A DNA stretch of 55,991 nt. It comes from Patescibacteria group bacterium (GTDB lineage Bacteria; Patescibacteriota; Microgenomatia; UBA8517). This document shows positions 19,539-27,326 of this stretch, in pieces. Under the pieces are notes generated by a model, which did no database searches, was not told the origin of the DNA, and saw nothing but the letters and a program-made list of their open reading frames with translations. Where the stretch lies: the NCBI GenBank assembly GCA_038062745.1, contig JBBTWO010000007.1, positions 1 through 55,991 on the forward strand, written 5' to 3'. The position numbers were made by a program, and so were the translations under genes. Position 1 is the stretch's first letter; every line of letters begins with the position of its first letter.

Positions 19539-19976
19539 TTATTGTATTTTAAGAGGGCCGATGTCAATAGTCAAAATGTTGATTCCAAAGAAAGTCTCAA
19601 CAAGATTGATAATTGCAAAAGTGGAAAACAAAAGAATAATTCCAATTAATGCATTTGTAATTCTTCCACGGGCTTGCTCAACAGCCCCTTTGTCACCTCC
19701 AGAAAATATCCATTGAATTGCCCCAAGCACTACCATGAAAAAAAAGCCAATTGCACCAACAACAAAGATCCAACCAACTAAAGGAGGAAAAATGGAAGCC
19801 AAAAAACTTTCCCCACTTTTTGAACTCAGATTTTCTGGCAAAAGAGGATTTATAATTTTTTCACTTGGGTTAGTATTTTTATCTGGAGTGCAATTCTTTG
19901 CACAATCCAAGTACTGCTGGGAATTCCCAGACAAAGATTCACATTGTTGACAGCTTAAGGCGAGTAAATTAGTCAT
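19539..19976 (-). CDS. VirB2/TrbC-like two-helix pilin paralog 6 with 4-Cys N-terminal extension
   Basis: 145 aa. The N-terminus reads MTNLLALSCQQCESLSGNSQQYLDCAKNCTPD. Two TM helices follow, with the loop WIFSGGDKGAVEQARGRITNALIGIILL. Confidence 0.6.
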   Translation of the reverse strand: MTNLLALSCQQCESLSGNSQQYLDCAKNCTPDKNTNPSEKIINPLLPENLSSKSGESFLASIFPPLVGWIFVVGAIGFFFMVVLGAIQWIFSGGDKGAVEQARGRITNALIGIILLFSTFAIINLVETFFGINILTIDIGPLKIQ

Positions 19977-19977
19977 A

Positions 19978-20361
19978 CTATTTCATTCCTAGTAAATTAA
20001 TCATAAATGTGATGTTTAGGACATCTTCAATTCCAAGAATGGATCCAACTAAATCTATTAAGAATATTGCTGCTATTACAACAACCAATCCTATAATTCC
20101 AGTAGTCATTTTTTGTCTTGCTTCTGTTAGTTTTCCCTTATCCCCACCCGAAAATATTATTGCAATTGCACCAAGAAAGAATTGAATGACAAACCAAATA
20201 ATAGCAATCACAGTCATGACCCCTATGGTTGTTGATAAAACTTTAGTAAAAACACTCCCTGATGTTGAAGCCTCTTCTCCCTCAAGGCCAAGTGGTCCAA
20301 AACCTCTAAAACCACCCTCAGGGGCTAGTGGAATACTGGTTTGTGCAAGTAACTTTCTCAT
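19978..20361 (-). CDS. VirB2/TrbC-like two-helix pilin paralog 5
   Basis: 127 aa, with the loop IIFSGGDKGKLTEARQKMTTGIIGLVVV between two TM helices. A 4-nt overlap links it to the upstream gene. Confidence 0.6.
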   Translation of the reverse strand: MRKLLAQTSIPLAPEGGFRGFGPLGLEGEEASTSGSVFTKVLSTTIGVMTVIAIIWFVIQFFLGAIAIIFSGGDKGKLTEARQKMTTGIIGLVVVIAAIFLIDLVGSILGIEDVLNITFMINLLGMK

Positions 20362-20720
20362 GGTGTTAGTGTTGGAATTGCTGGATTAAGTATGAAGTCC
20401 CAACTTCCGAATATCAACCAGCCAAAGATCCCTGCCAATACATATGCCCCAGCCGCAAAAGCAAGACCCAAAGCGGTTTGCCAAATTTTTGCCCAGGCAC
20501 CCTCTATTTTTTTAGAATCGTCTCCTGCCGACAAGAAAGCATAACCTGCAAGGACAAAATTAAACAGAGAATAAATAACTGCCCCAACAATGAGGAGTTT
20601 TAATCCTAAATTCAGAAGATTTCCTATCCCAGCTCCAGTGTTGTTGGGGTCAAATTTTGACAGGGAAGCTGGTGGTGTTATTTCTCCAAATATATCTGTG
20701 TCTACTGCTAATTTATTCAT
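20358..20720 (-). CDS. VirB2/TrbC-like two-helix pilin paralog 4
   Basis: The loop is FLSAGDDSKKIEGAWAKIWQTALGLAF. I prefer the internal start MNKLAVD (ATG at 20720), which matches the MNKLAQ/MTNKLAQ N-termini of neighbouring paralogs. The track ORF (to 20756) would overlap the upstream gene by 32 nt. Confidence 0.6.
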   Translation of the reverse strand: MNKLAVDTDIFGEITPPASLSKFDPNNTGAGIGNLLNLGLKLLIVGAVIYSLFNFVLAGYAFLSAGDDSKKIEGAWAKIWQTALGLAFAAGAYVLAGIFGWLIFGSWDFILNPAIPTLTP

Positions 20721-20724
20721 ATTT

Positions 20725-21048
20725 TTAAAAACCAGGCATAGTAATAAAGGCAACACCTGTAATTATTTCTATTAATCTTATTATCCAGTATGCTGCAAAT
20801 ATTATAACAAATCCAATAACGGCTGAGGAAGCAGCTTGCTGTGCTTTTTGAGCGTCTTGCTGGTTTCCACTGCCTGCTCCTTGGATTATTTTAAAACCTG
20901 CAAAAACAAGCATAAACAAAATTATAATTCCAGCAACTACAAAGGAAATGTTAAGACCCAGAGAAATTAAATCGCCAAGGCTATTTTGGCCAGTGCTAAA
21001 AGGAGTATTAAAAGTGGTGCCAATTGGAACTTGTGCTAATTTATTCAT
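20725..21048 (-). CDS. VirB2/TrbC-like two-helix pilin paralog 3
   Basis: 107 aa with N-terminus MNKLAQVPIG and the loop IIQGAGSGNQQDAQKAQQAASSAVIGFVII between two TM helices. Confidence 0.6.
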   Translation of the reverse strand: MNKLAQVPIGTTFNTPFSTGQNSLGDLISLGLNISFVVAGIIILFMLVFAGFKIIQGAGSGNQQDAQKAQQAASSAVIGFVIIFAAYWIIRLIEIITGVAFITMPGF

Positions 21049-21051
21049 GCT

Positions 21052-21384
21052 TTAGAAAATACTAACTACACTACTTAGACCAAGTAGTTTTGCAATTATT
21101 TGAACTATAAAAAAAGCAAAAAAGACAACAATGAAACCAATAAAAGCATTTGTAAGTATATGTTGGCCTTCCTGAACTTTTTTTGGATCCCCAGCAGAGG
21201 TCATGAGTTTAAAACCACCCATTAATAGGTAAACAAGTAATGCAAAACCTGCAATAGCAAAAAGATATGGGAGCAATTCTGTAATAAGTGTTCCAATTTT
21301 TGTATTTGGGTCATACTTATAGTCAGACCCCAATCCCTTCTCTGTTATTGTTTGAAAATTTATTTGTGCTAATTTGTTTGTCAT
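21052..21384 (-). CDS. VirB2/TrbC-like two-helix pilin paralog 2
   Basis: 110 aa with N-terminus MTNKLAQINF and the loop LMTSAGDPKKVQEGQHILTNAFIGFIVV between two TM helices. Confidence 0.6.
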   Translation of the reverse strand: MTNKLAQINFQTITEKGLGSDYKYDPNTKIGTLITELLPYLFAIAGFALLVYLLMGGFKLMTSAGDPKKVQEGQHILTNAFIGFIVVFFAFFIVQIIAKLLGLSSVVSIF

Positions 21385-22043
21385 ACTCCAAATCCTGGTA
21401 TACCTAGTATATCAACACCAGTTACTTTTAGTACAAACACTGAAAATATTAGTAAAATAAGTCCGCCAATTGCAGATGTTAGCAACTCTCTTCCTGCTTG
21501 AAGTTTTTTAGGATCACCTTGGGATGTTGTGATCATAAAGCCTGCAACTAAAACTAGTATAAAAGCAATTCCTCCGCCAATACCAATAGCCCAACCCAAA
21601 ATCCAACCAGCAAACGTATTGGGGTCGTTTATTGGAATACAGCCAATTGCAGTATTAATCCCGTTACTTATATTTCCACCACAACCAACACTATCGTCAA
21701 CAGGTGCCTCTTCGTCGCCACCGCCGCTTGACTGGATAACACAACAAGTATACTCGCCTTCACACAGGCCGGCAGAGTCAATTCTTTCATTTCTTTGACA
21801 CACTGTCTCACACGTGCCCTGTGGATTTTCTGGGCAGGGAGCCCCGACTATTACAGGACCAGATACACAACAGGTTGCGCCTCTACAACCACCTCTGTTG
21901 TCAGGATGTTCAGTATCTTTGCAGCCACCCGTTCTACAAGTACCTTCAGGGACACTAGGACACGGAATAGCGTAAATGTTTTTTGGTAACAGTAGGTTAA
22001 AAATAAAAAGGAAACCCAGCAAAAAAACAAAAAATCTTTTCAT
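21381..22043 (-). CDS. Pilin-like paralog 1 with signal peptide and duplicated six-Cys ectodomain module
   Basis: 220 aa. Signal peptide is MKRFFVFLLGFLFIFNLLLPKNIYA. Two tandem modules follow: IPCPSVPEGTCRTGGCKDTEHPDNRGGCRGATCCV and APCPENPQGTCETVCQRNERIDSAGLCEGEYTCCV. The C-terminal two-helix module carries the loop MITTSQGDPKKLQAGRELLTSAIGGLILL. It is the first gene of the operon. Confidence 0.65.
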   Translation of the reverse strand: MKRFFVFLLGFLFIFNLLLPKNIYAIPCPSVPEGTCRTGGCKDTEHPDNRGGCRGATCCVSGPVIVGAPCPENPQGTCETVCQRNERIDSAGLCEGEYTCCVIQSSGGGDEEAPVDDSVGCGGNISNGINTAIGCIPINDPNTFAGWILGWAIGIGGGIAFILVLVAGFMITTSQGDPKKLQAGRELLTSAIGGLILLIFSVFVLKVTGVDILGIPGFGV

Positions 22044-22087
22044 ACTTAAATTCTAAAGCAAAATGCATTTATATTCCAGCTGATATA

Positions 22088-23800
22088 ATGAATAATATGA
22101 TCCAAAAGCTTGCCAATCTTGGTGTCCATGTGTTTTTTGTAGTTTGTTTTACAATTTTAATCTTCAATCCAAATTTATCTGCCTTTAATATCTTTGCTTC
22201 TCATTGTGGTGCTGATCTTGACTGCCAAATACAAGAAATTCAAACTGAAATTAATGCCTTAAAACCTGCTCACGAAAACAACAAAAAAGAATTATCCTCC
22301 CTAAACTCTCAACTAACAGATTTAAAGAAAAAAATTACTTCTTTGTCCTCTCAGCTAACCCAAGTTGAAAAAGATATTTTGAAAAGAGAAGAGGACTTGG
22401 CATATGCAAATGAAATATTTAATCAAAAAGCCAAAAATCACTATCAATTTATTAGAACTTATGATCCCCTGGCTCCCTTTTTAAATTCTCAAGCTTCTGG
22501 AGCTTTCCGCGAAATTGTTTTTCGCCAGAAAGCCAGCGATGAAGACCGCAAAACAATGGAAAAATATGGTCAGGATTTGTTGAGCCTAAAAACAGACAAA
22601 GAAAAACTTGAAAAAAGCAAAGCCAGCTTGGCCGCTTTGCAAAAAGATATCGACGCCAAAGCAAAGTTTTTGGGAGCCGAAGTAAACAAAGTGGAAAGCT
22701 ACATAGCAACTTTGTCTGCAAAACAAAATGAATTGTCAGCTCTTAAAGCTGGTGGTTTTGCAACATCTGTTGGTGATACTCCAGGAACTGCTGAACCGTG
22801 TTCTGGTCCTCCTGGATCCTCAAATTATTGTGACCCAGGCTTCAGACCTGCTTTTGCTGGATTTTCTTTTGGAGCACCTCACAGAACCGGCATGAGTCAG
22901 TATGGGGCGTATGGCAGAAGTAAGTCTGGTCAATCTGCAGAAACTATACTGGCAGCTTACTATCAAGGAGCAGAATTAAATAAGAGTTTCGCTTCCCCCG
23001 CCAATATAACGGTTGTTGGAATTGGAACAGTCTCTTTTGAAGACAATTACATGTTGGGTATTTATGAAGTTCCGGAAAGTTGGGGGGACAGTGGTGGTTT
23101 TGAAGCTTTGAAAGCTCAAGCTGTTGCAGCTAGAAGTTATGCTCTTTACTACACCAACAATGGAACAAAAAGCATTTGTACCACTGAAGCCTGCCAAGTG
23201 TATAAGTCACAACTAAAGAGTGGAAAGTGGGCTGAAGCGGTTCGTGCCACCCGTGGTTGGGTAATGACCAAAGGAGGGAGTGCTGCAGGAACATATTTTG
23301 CCTCAACTTCCGGTGGTTACACTATTTCCCAATGGGGTTGGAATGGCATCAAAGATGCAGCGGGGGATTGGCCAGCAACGGCATATGAAAAGACAGCCGG
23401 TTCTCCGTGGTTTTATAAGGGTTGGTATAAATCTCGTGGTGGGGCAACTTGCGGCAGAAATAATCCTTGGTTAACCTCGGGAGATTTAGCAGATATTCTA
23501 AACGCTTGGAAAGTATTAACTAGTGGGGGTGGAGATGTTTCAAGAATTAGTCCATTGGATACTGGGTGTTGGGGAGGCAATCCATATTCCAAGGATGAAT
23601 TGAAAGCCATTGGAGGCTTTGATTCAGTATCTGCAGTTTCAGTTATTTATTCAAACAGTGGTTCTACTCAATCTGTTTCCTTCTCAACCAACAAAGGTAG
23701 TGCCAATATGACTGGAGAGGATCTCAAAAAAGCTTTTAACCTTCGGGCGCCTGGATATATTGGTATTAAGTCTTCACTTTTCAACATTGAGAAACTTTAA
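22088..23800 (+). CDS. SpoIID/LytB-domain protein with N-terminal TM anchor and coiled coil
   Basis: 570 aa. It has a TM helix (VHVFFVVCFTILIF) and a coiled-coil region (LSSLNSQLTDLKKKITSLSSQLTQVEKDILKREEDL...). The SpoIID signature is EALKAQAVAARSYALYY...CTTEACQVYK. It is divergent from the pilin operon. Confidence 0.75.
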   Translation: MNNMIQKLANLGVHVFFVVCFTILIFNPNLSAFNIFASHCGADLDCQIQEIQTEINALKPAHENNKKELSSLNSQLTDLKKKITSLSSQLTQVEKDILKREEDLAYANEIFNQKAKNHYQFIRTYDPLAPFLNSQASGAFREIVFRQKASDEDRKTMEKYGQDLLSLKTDKEKLEKSKASLAALQKDIDAKAKFLGAEVNKVESYIATLSAKQNELSALKAGGFATSVGDTPGTAEPCSGPPGSSNYCDPGFRPAFAGFSFGAPHRTGMSQYGAYGRSKSGQSAETILAAYYQGAELNKSFASPANITVVGIGTVSFEDNYMLGIYEVPESWGDSGGFEALKAQAVAARSYALYYTNNGTKSICTTEACQVYKSQLKSGKWAEAVRATRGWVMTKGGSAAGTYFASTSGGYTISQWGWNGIKDAAGDWPATAYEKTAGSPWFYKGWYKSRGGATCGRNNPWLTSGDLADILNAWKVLTSGGGDVSRISPLDTGCWGGNPYSKDELKAIGGFDSVSAVSVIYSNSGSTQSVSFSTNKGSANMTGEDLKKAFNLRAPGYIGIKSSLFNIEKL

Positions 23801-24105
23801 ATACTAATGTTAATTTCGCCTTTGCCATACATTTTAATCAGAAGGTTGATTATTGTTTGATATGGAACTTGGCTTTTTTGAGCTCTAGCCTTTGTTTTTA
23901 TTAAATCTTCATTCTTTACTCTTAAGGTAATACTCTTGGTTTCCCTTAGTTGTCTGTGTGTTTTTGCTGCTTCTACTAATTCATCTCTTATTTTTTCGAT
24001 ATTATCACTTTCGACAAACTCGCCCCTGTTAAGAGCCTCATCTATCTCCTGTTCGTATTTATCGAGAACTAAGTTTTTGAATGGGTCAAATTTGTTTTTT
24101 TTCAT
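23797..24105 (-). CDS. CopG/BrnA-like antitoxin candidate
   Basis: 102 aa. The C-terminal segment KSITLRVKNEDLIKTKARAQKSQVPYQTIINLLIKMY matches the ribbon-helix-helix ...itlRl...A...g.pYQtli pattern. A 4-nt overlap links it to the upstream small gene. Confidence 0.55.
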   Translation of the reverse strand: MKKNKFDPFKNLVLDKYEQEIDEALNRGEFVESDNIEKIRDELVEAAKTHRQLRETKSITLRVKNEDLIKTKARAQKSQVPYQTIINLLIKMYGKGEINISI

Positions 24106-24413
24106 TTTATTTTTCCTAAATATTTTTTGGTTAATTTTCTATTAGGATAGATTGTTTTTAAAAAACGCACTTTCCTTTTTTGATCAATTACATATGGTAC
24201 TACGTACACATACTTATTGATTTCTACAATAAAGATCCTTTGTTTGGGATACTTGTCCTGTCTGGGGTGGGACATTTCAGTTATTAGTTTCCTATTCTCA
24301 AATGCACTAATTACATCTTCAAAATCTACACCCCTTGTCTCTTTTAATATAAGACTTTTCTCCCTTGAATAATCAAAAGGATAATTCATAGATATAGTAT
24401 AGTATTTGTACAT
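24102..24413 (-). CDS. BrnT-like (DUF497-like) toxin candidate
   Basis: 103 aa. Motifs are REKSLILKETRGVDFEDVISAF and VVPYVIDQKRKVRFLKTIYPNRKLTKKY. It is paired with the antitoxin-like gene. The family assignment is tentative. Confidence 0.45.
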   Translation of the reverse strand: MYKYYTISMNYPFDYSREKSLILKETRGVDFEDVISAFENRKLITEMSHPRQDKYPKQRIFIVEINKYVYVVPYVIDQKRKVRFLKTIYPNRKLTKKYLGKIK

Positions 24414-24494
24414 ACTTTGTCAATACTTAAACTGGCTTGATTTTGTGGGTTTGTGGTGGCAAATTTGACTGGCTTGGTTATATAATAGGCTAGC

Positions 24495-25193
24495 ATGCCA
24501 GACATTTTTATAAATGACCCAGAACAACTTACTCCAGAAGTTGCCGATGAACAGGTAGAGGATACGGGTATGAAACCGGCTCACGAGATTTTGCACCACC
24601 CAAAGAAAAATATTCATAAAATTGAGGGTCACACACACAACCCTTTGTCTTCTTTTTTCTATTTTCCAGATGGTGTTAGTTTCATTGCTCAGGATGCCCA
24701 TGAAAGAATAGTATTGCTGCTTAGGAAACACCCAATTACTAACGTACCCTGGATCATTGGGGCTGTAATTATGTTGTTTGCTCCAGGAGTATTGAGCTTC
24801 TTTCCCCTCCTTGAGTTTATGCCTGAGAGATTTCAATTTGTAGCAGTAGTTTTGTGGTACCTATTAACCACAGCTTTCATTTTTGAAAAGTTCTTGAGCT
24901 GGTTTTTTAATGTATATGTAGTTACTGATGAGAGAATTTTTGATGTTGATTTTATCAATCTTGTTTACAGGGAAATTGCCGAGGCAAATTTAGATCAGGT
25001 ACAGGATGTTAATGTGGTTATGGGAAGTGTTATTCGAACCATTTTTAATTATGGTGAGATTCAAATTCAAACCGCTTCTGCTGTTCCTAATATTGAATTT
25101 GAAGCAGTTCCAGATCCTGACCGAATAGCTAAAATTATTCGAGAACTGCGAGTTGAAGAAGAACAAGAAAAACTGGAAGGGAGAGTTAGGTAA
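24495..25193 (+). CDS. Membrane protein with bacterial PH (YdbS/YdbT-like) domain
   Basis: 232 aa. Two TM helices (WIIGAVIMLFAPGVLSFF, VAVVLWYLLTTAFIF) are followed by VVTDERIFDVDFINLVYREIAEANLDQVQDV..GEIQIQTA, the usual bPH pattern. Confidence 0.5.
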   Translation: MPDIFINDPEQLTPEVADEQVEDTGMKPAHEILHHPKKNIHKIEGHTHNPLSSFFYFPDGVSFIAQDAHERIVLLLRKHPITNVPWIIGAVIMLFAPGVLSFFPLLEFMPERFQFVAVVLWYLLTTAFIFEKFLSWFFNVYVVTDERIFDVDFINLVYREIAEANLDQVQDVNVVMGSVIRTIFNYGEIQIQTASAVPNIEFEAVPDPDRIAKIIRELRVEEEQEKLEGRVR

Positions 25194-25417
25194 TGGAAGC
25201 AATAGTACTAACCGGGTTTGATATTTGGGCAATTGTTAAGATCTTGTTCTTGTTTGCAATTGCAATTTATGTTGTTTTTGCAATTGTGGTTGTCAGACAA
25301 GTGGGGTTAATGACTAAAACTTTGGAGGTTGGTTTTGAAATCCCAATTAAGTTTATCGCCTGGCTGCATCTGCTTTTTGCATTAGGTACATTTGTTCTGG
25401 CATTATTAATATTGTGA
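25193..25417 (+). CDS. Small two-TM membrane protein
   Basis: 74-aa ORF. It is start/stop coupled to both neighbours (ATG overlaps the upstream TAA; its TGA overlaps the downstream GTG). Confidence 0.5.
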   Translation: MEAIVLTGFDIWAIVKILFLFAIAIYVVFAIVVVRQVGLMTKTLEVGFEIPIKFIAWLHLLFALGTFVLALLIL

Positions 25418-27279
25418 ATAAACCCCTTGCCCAAGTTGCTAAATATACAAGCACCCCAAGTGCGAGTAGTTGGGGTCAAGTGCATGACTTCACACCTACT
25501 GATCAAGACAAACTAATAAAAAGAGGCAGACTGGTGGCAATAATAAGTATTACTGGTCTTTCCGGGGGGCAAATTGAATCAATTAACGTTGGCCGGGAAA
25601 TTCTGACCCGTTTGCATGAAGAATATTTTGGAGAAATTGCTACACCCGCTTTTGAGAGTTTAAAAACTTCTATTGAAAATGTTTGCAATGAATTCTCCAA
25701 TGATCAGGTTAAAACCAGTATTGGAGCATTGGCTATATTGGCCGACTCACTTGTTTTTGCAGCTAGTCAGCACATAACTGGTTTTGTTTTACGCCAGGGA
25801 AGTTTGGCAAAGATTATTGATTCCCAAGCTGGATTTTTTTCAGGTAGTGGAAATATATTTCCCAATGACACTTTTTTACTGGCAACGAGTGATTATTTTG
25901 AAAAAATGAGTGAGGGAATAATTAAAGCTTGCCTGGAAAAGCCTTCTGCTCAAGCAATAATTGAATCCCTTACCCCCTTTGTATATGACAATAATACCTC
26001 TCACACTTTTGTAGCTTGTGTAGTTAAATTTGCCACCCCAATCGCTAATACTGAAGCCATTTCGTTTTTTCCCCACCAAACACCTGAAGTGCTTGGTATT
26101 AAAAAAACATTGGTAGATTTTATAGATAGCTTGATTGCCAAGATTCCTGAAAGGCGTGTTATTGTCAGACCTGATTTGGCAGATATGGATGGCAGAAACA
26201 GAAAAAGTAAAGTCTTACTTATTGGAGGAGTTTTATTATTTATTCTTTTGGTGAGCATTGTTTTTGGGAGCATCCAAAGAGCCAATAAGCTTGCCAGATC
26301 AAGATATGAGGATAGATTAATTACTGCCGTCCACCAACTTGAAGAAGCAAAAACACTGGCAACTATTAATCAAGCCCGCGCCCGCGAATTATTGTTGGCA
26401 GCAAGGCAAACCTTGAACGACATTAAGACTGAAGGTGTTAAAGATAATCAAGTGGAAAGCACACTGTCAGAAATAAACTCCAACATCGGCCAAATTGCTG
26501 GCATATATGAAGTAAACCCAGAATTATATTTAGACTTGTCACTTTTGAGCCAAGGACTACGGGGAGATGATATCTCAATTTCAGAAGGCAGAATGTTAAT
26601 TCTTGATAGACAAGGAAAATTAGTTAGTGTGGCCATGGATAGCAAGAAAACCCGCGTCTTGGCTGGACCTGAAAGATTATCAAATGCTCAATTTACTGCT
26701 GTATATGCAGACCGTAATTTTGTTTTGACAGACTCGTCTGTAGTTGAAATATTGGGAACAACGAAAACTGCAATTGACAAAGACTGGGACAAGGCAGCAG
26801 GCATGCATGCCTTTGCTGCCAATATCTATATTCTAGACAAAGGAAAAAACGCAATTTGGAGATATTCAGGATCTGATGCAGGCTTTGGAAGTCAAAATAA
26901 TTGGTTTGCCCCGGGCATTAATGTTGATTTATCAGGAGTAGCTGCTTGGTCAATAGATGGCTCAATTTGGCTGCTTACCAGTAAAGGTGAAATTGAAAAA
27001 TATACCAATGGCAATCCTCAAAACTTTGTCATGAGTGGATTAGAAGGGGATATTGCCGGAAGCGTGGATATTTTTTCAGATGACACAACGCAGTATTTGT
27101 ATGTATTGGACAAAAATAAAGGCAGGATAATAGTACTAGACAAAACTGGAGGATATAAAGCAGAATATGTATCAGATCAAATTAAACAAAGTTCAAAGTT
27201 GGTGGTTTCTGAAGAAGACAAGAAAATAATACTTTTGGTCTCAGACAAATTGTATGAGATACTAATAAAGCATCTATAG
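25414..27279 (+). CDS. Hypothetical bitopic membrane protein (621 aa)
   Basis: It has a ~260-aa N-terminal soluble domain, one TM helix (VLLIGGVLLFILLVSIVFGSI), a coiled segment, and a ~250-aa C-terminal domain with a repeated beta-strand-like character. No motif recognised. Confidence 0.6.
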   Translation: MNKPLAQVAKYTSTPSASSWGQVHDFTPTDQDKLIKRGRLVAIISITGLSGGQIESINVGREILTRLHEEYFGEIATPAFESLKTSIENVCNEFSNDQVKTSIGALAILADSLVFAASQHITGFVLRQGSLAKIIDSQAGFFSGSGNIFPNDTFLLATSDYFEKMSEGIIKACLEKPSAQAIIESLTPFVYDNNTSHTFVACVVKFATPIANTEAISFFPHQTPEVLGIKKTLVDFIDSLIAKIPERRVIVRPDLADMDGRNRKSKVLLIGGVLLFILLVSIVFGSIQRANKLARSRYEDRLITAVHQLEEAKTLATINQARARELLLAARQTLNDIKTEGVKDNQVESTLSEINSNIGQIAGIYEVNPELYLDLSLLSQGLRGDDISISEGRMLILDRQGKLVSVAMDSKKTRVLAGPERLSNAQFTAVYADRNFVLTDSSVVEILGTTKTAIDKDWDKAAGMHAFAANIYILDKGKNAIWRYSGSDAGFGSQNNWFAPGINVDLSGVAAWSIDGSIWLLTSKGEIEKYTNGNPQNFVMSGLEGDIAGSVDIFSDDTTQYLYVLDKNKGRIIVLDKTGGYKAEYVSDQIKQSSKLVVSEEDKKIILLVSDKLYEILIKHL

Positions 27280-27286
27280 TTGTAGA

Positions 27287-27305
27287 TTGGAGTTGACAAC
27301 TCCAA
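27287..27305. terminator. Perfect 9-bp/1-nt-loop palindrome after the 621-aa gene (terminator-like; no U-tract)
   Basis: TTGGAGTTG-A-CAACTCCAA lies 8 nt after the stop codon of the 25414..27279 gene. Confidence 0.35.
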
Positions 27306-27326
27306 ATTACCATGTAAAATGGAAGT

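Noticed and set aside
24420-24836. 138-aa minus-strand ORF overlapping the start of the bPH membrane protein gene
   Set aside because: It is antisense to 24495..25193, which has a coherent TM-plus-PH-domain architecture. The 138-aa translation has no features and spans the promoter region.
27287-27305. 19-bp perfect palindrome as the left att site of the ssrA island (it shares GGAGTTGA with the tmRNA T-arm region)
   Set aside because: The 8-nt identity is too short to be meaningful. The palindrome sits exactly where a terminator for the 621-aa gene would be expected. It is kept only as a terminator-like feature and a possible, unproven boundary.
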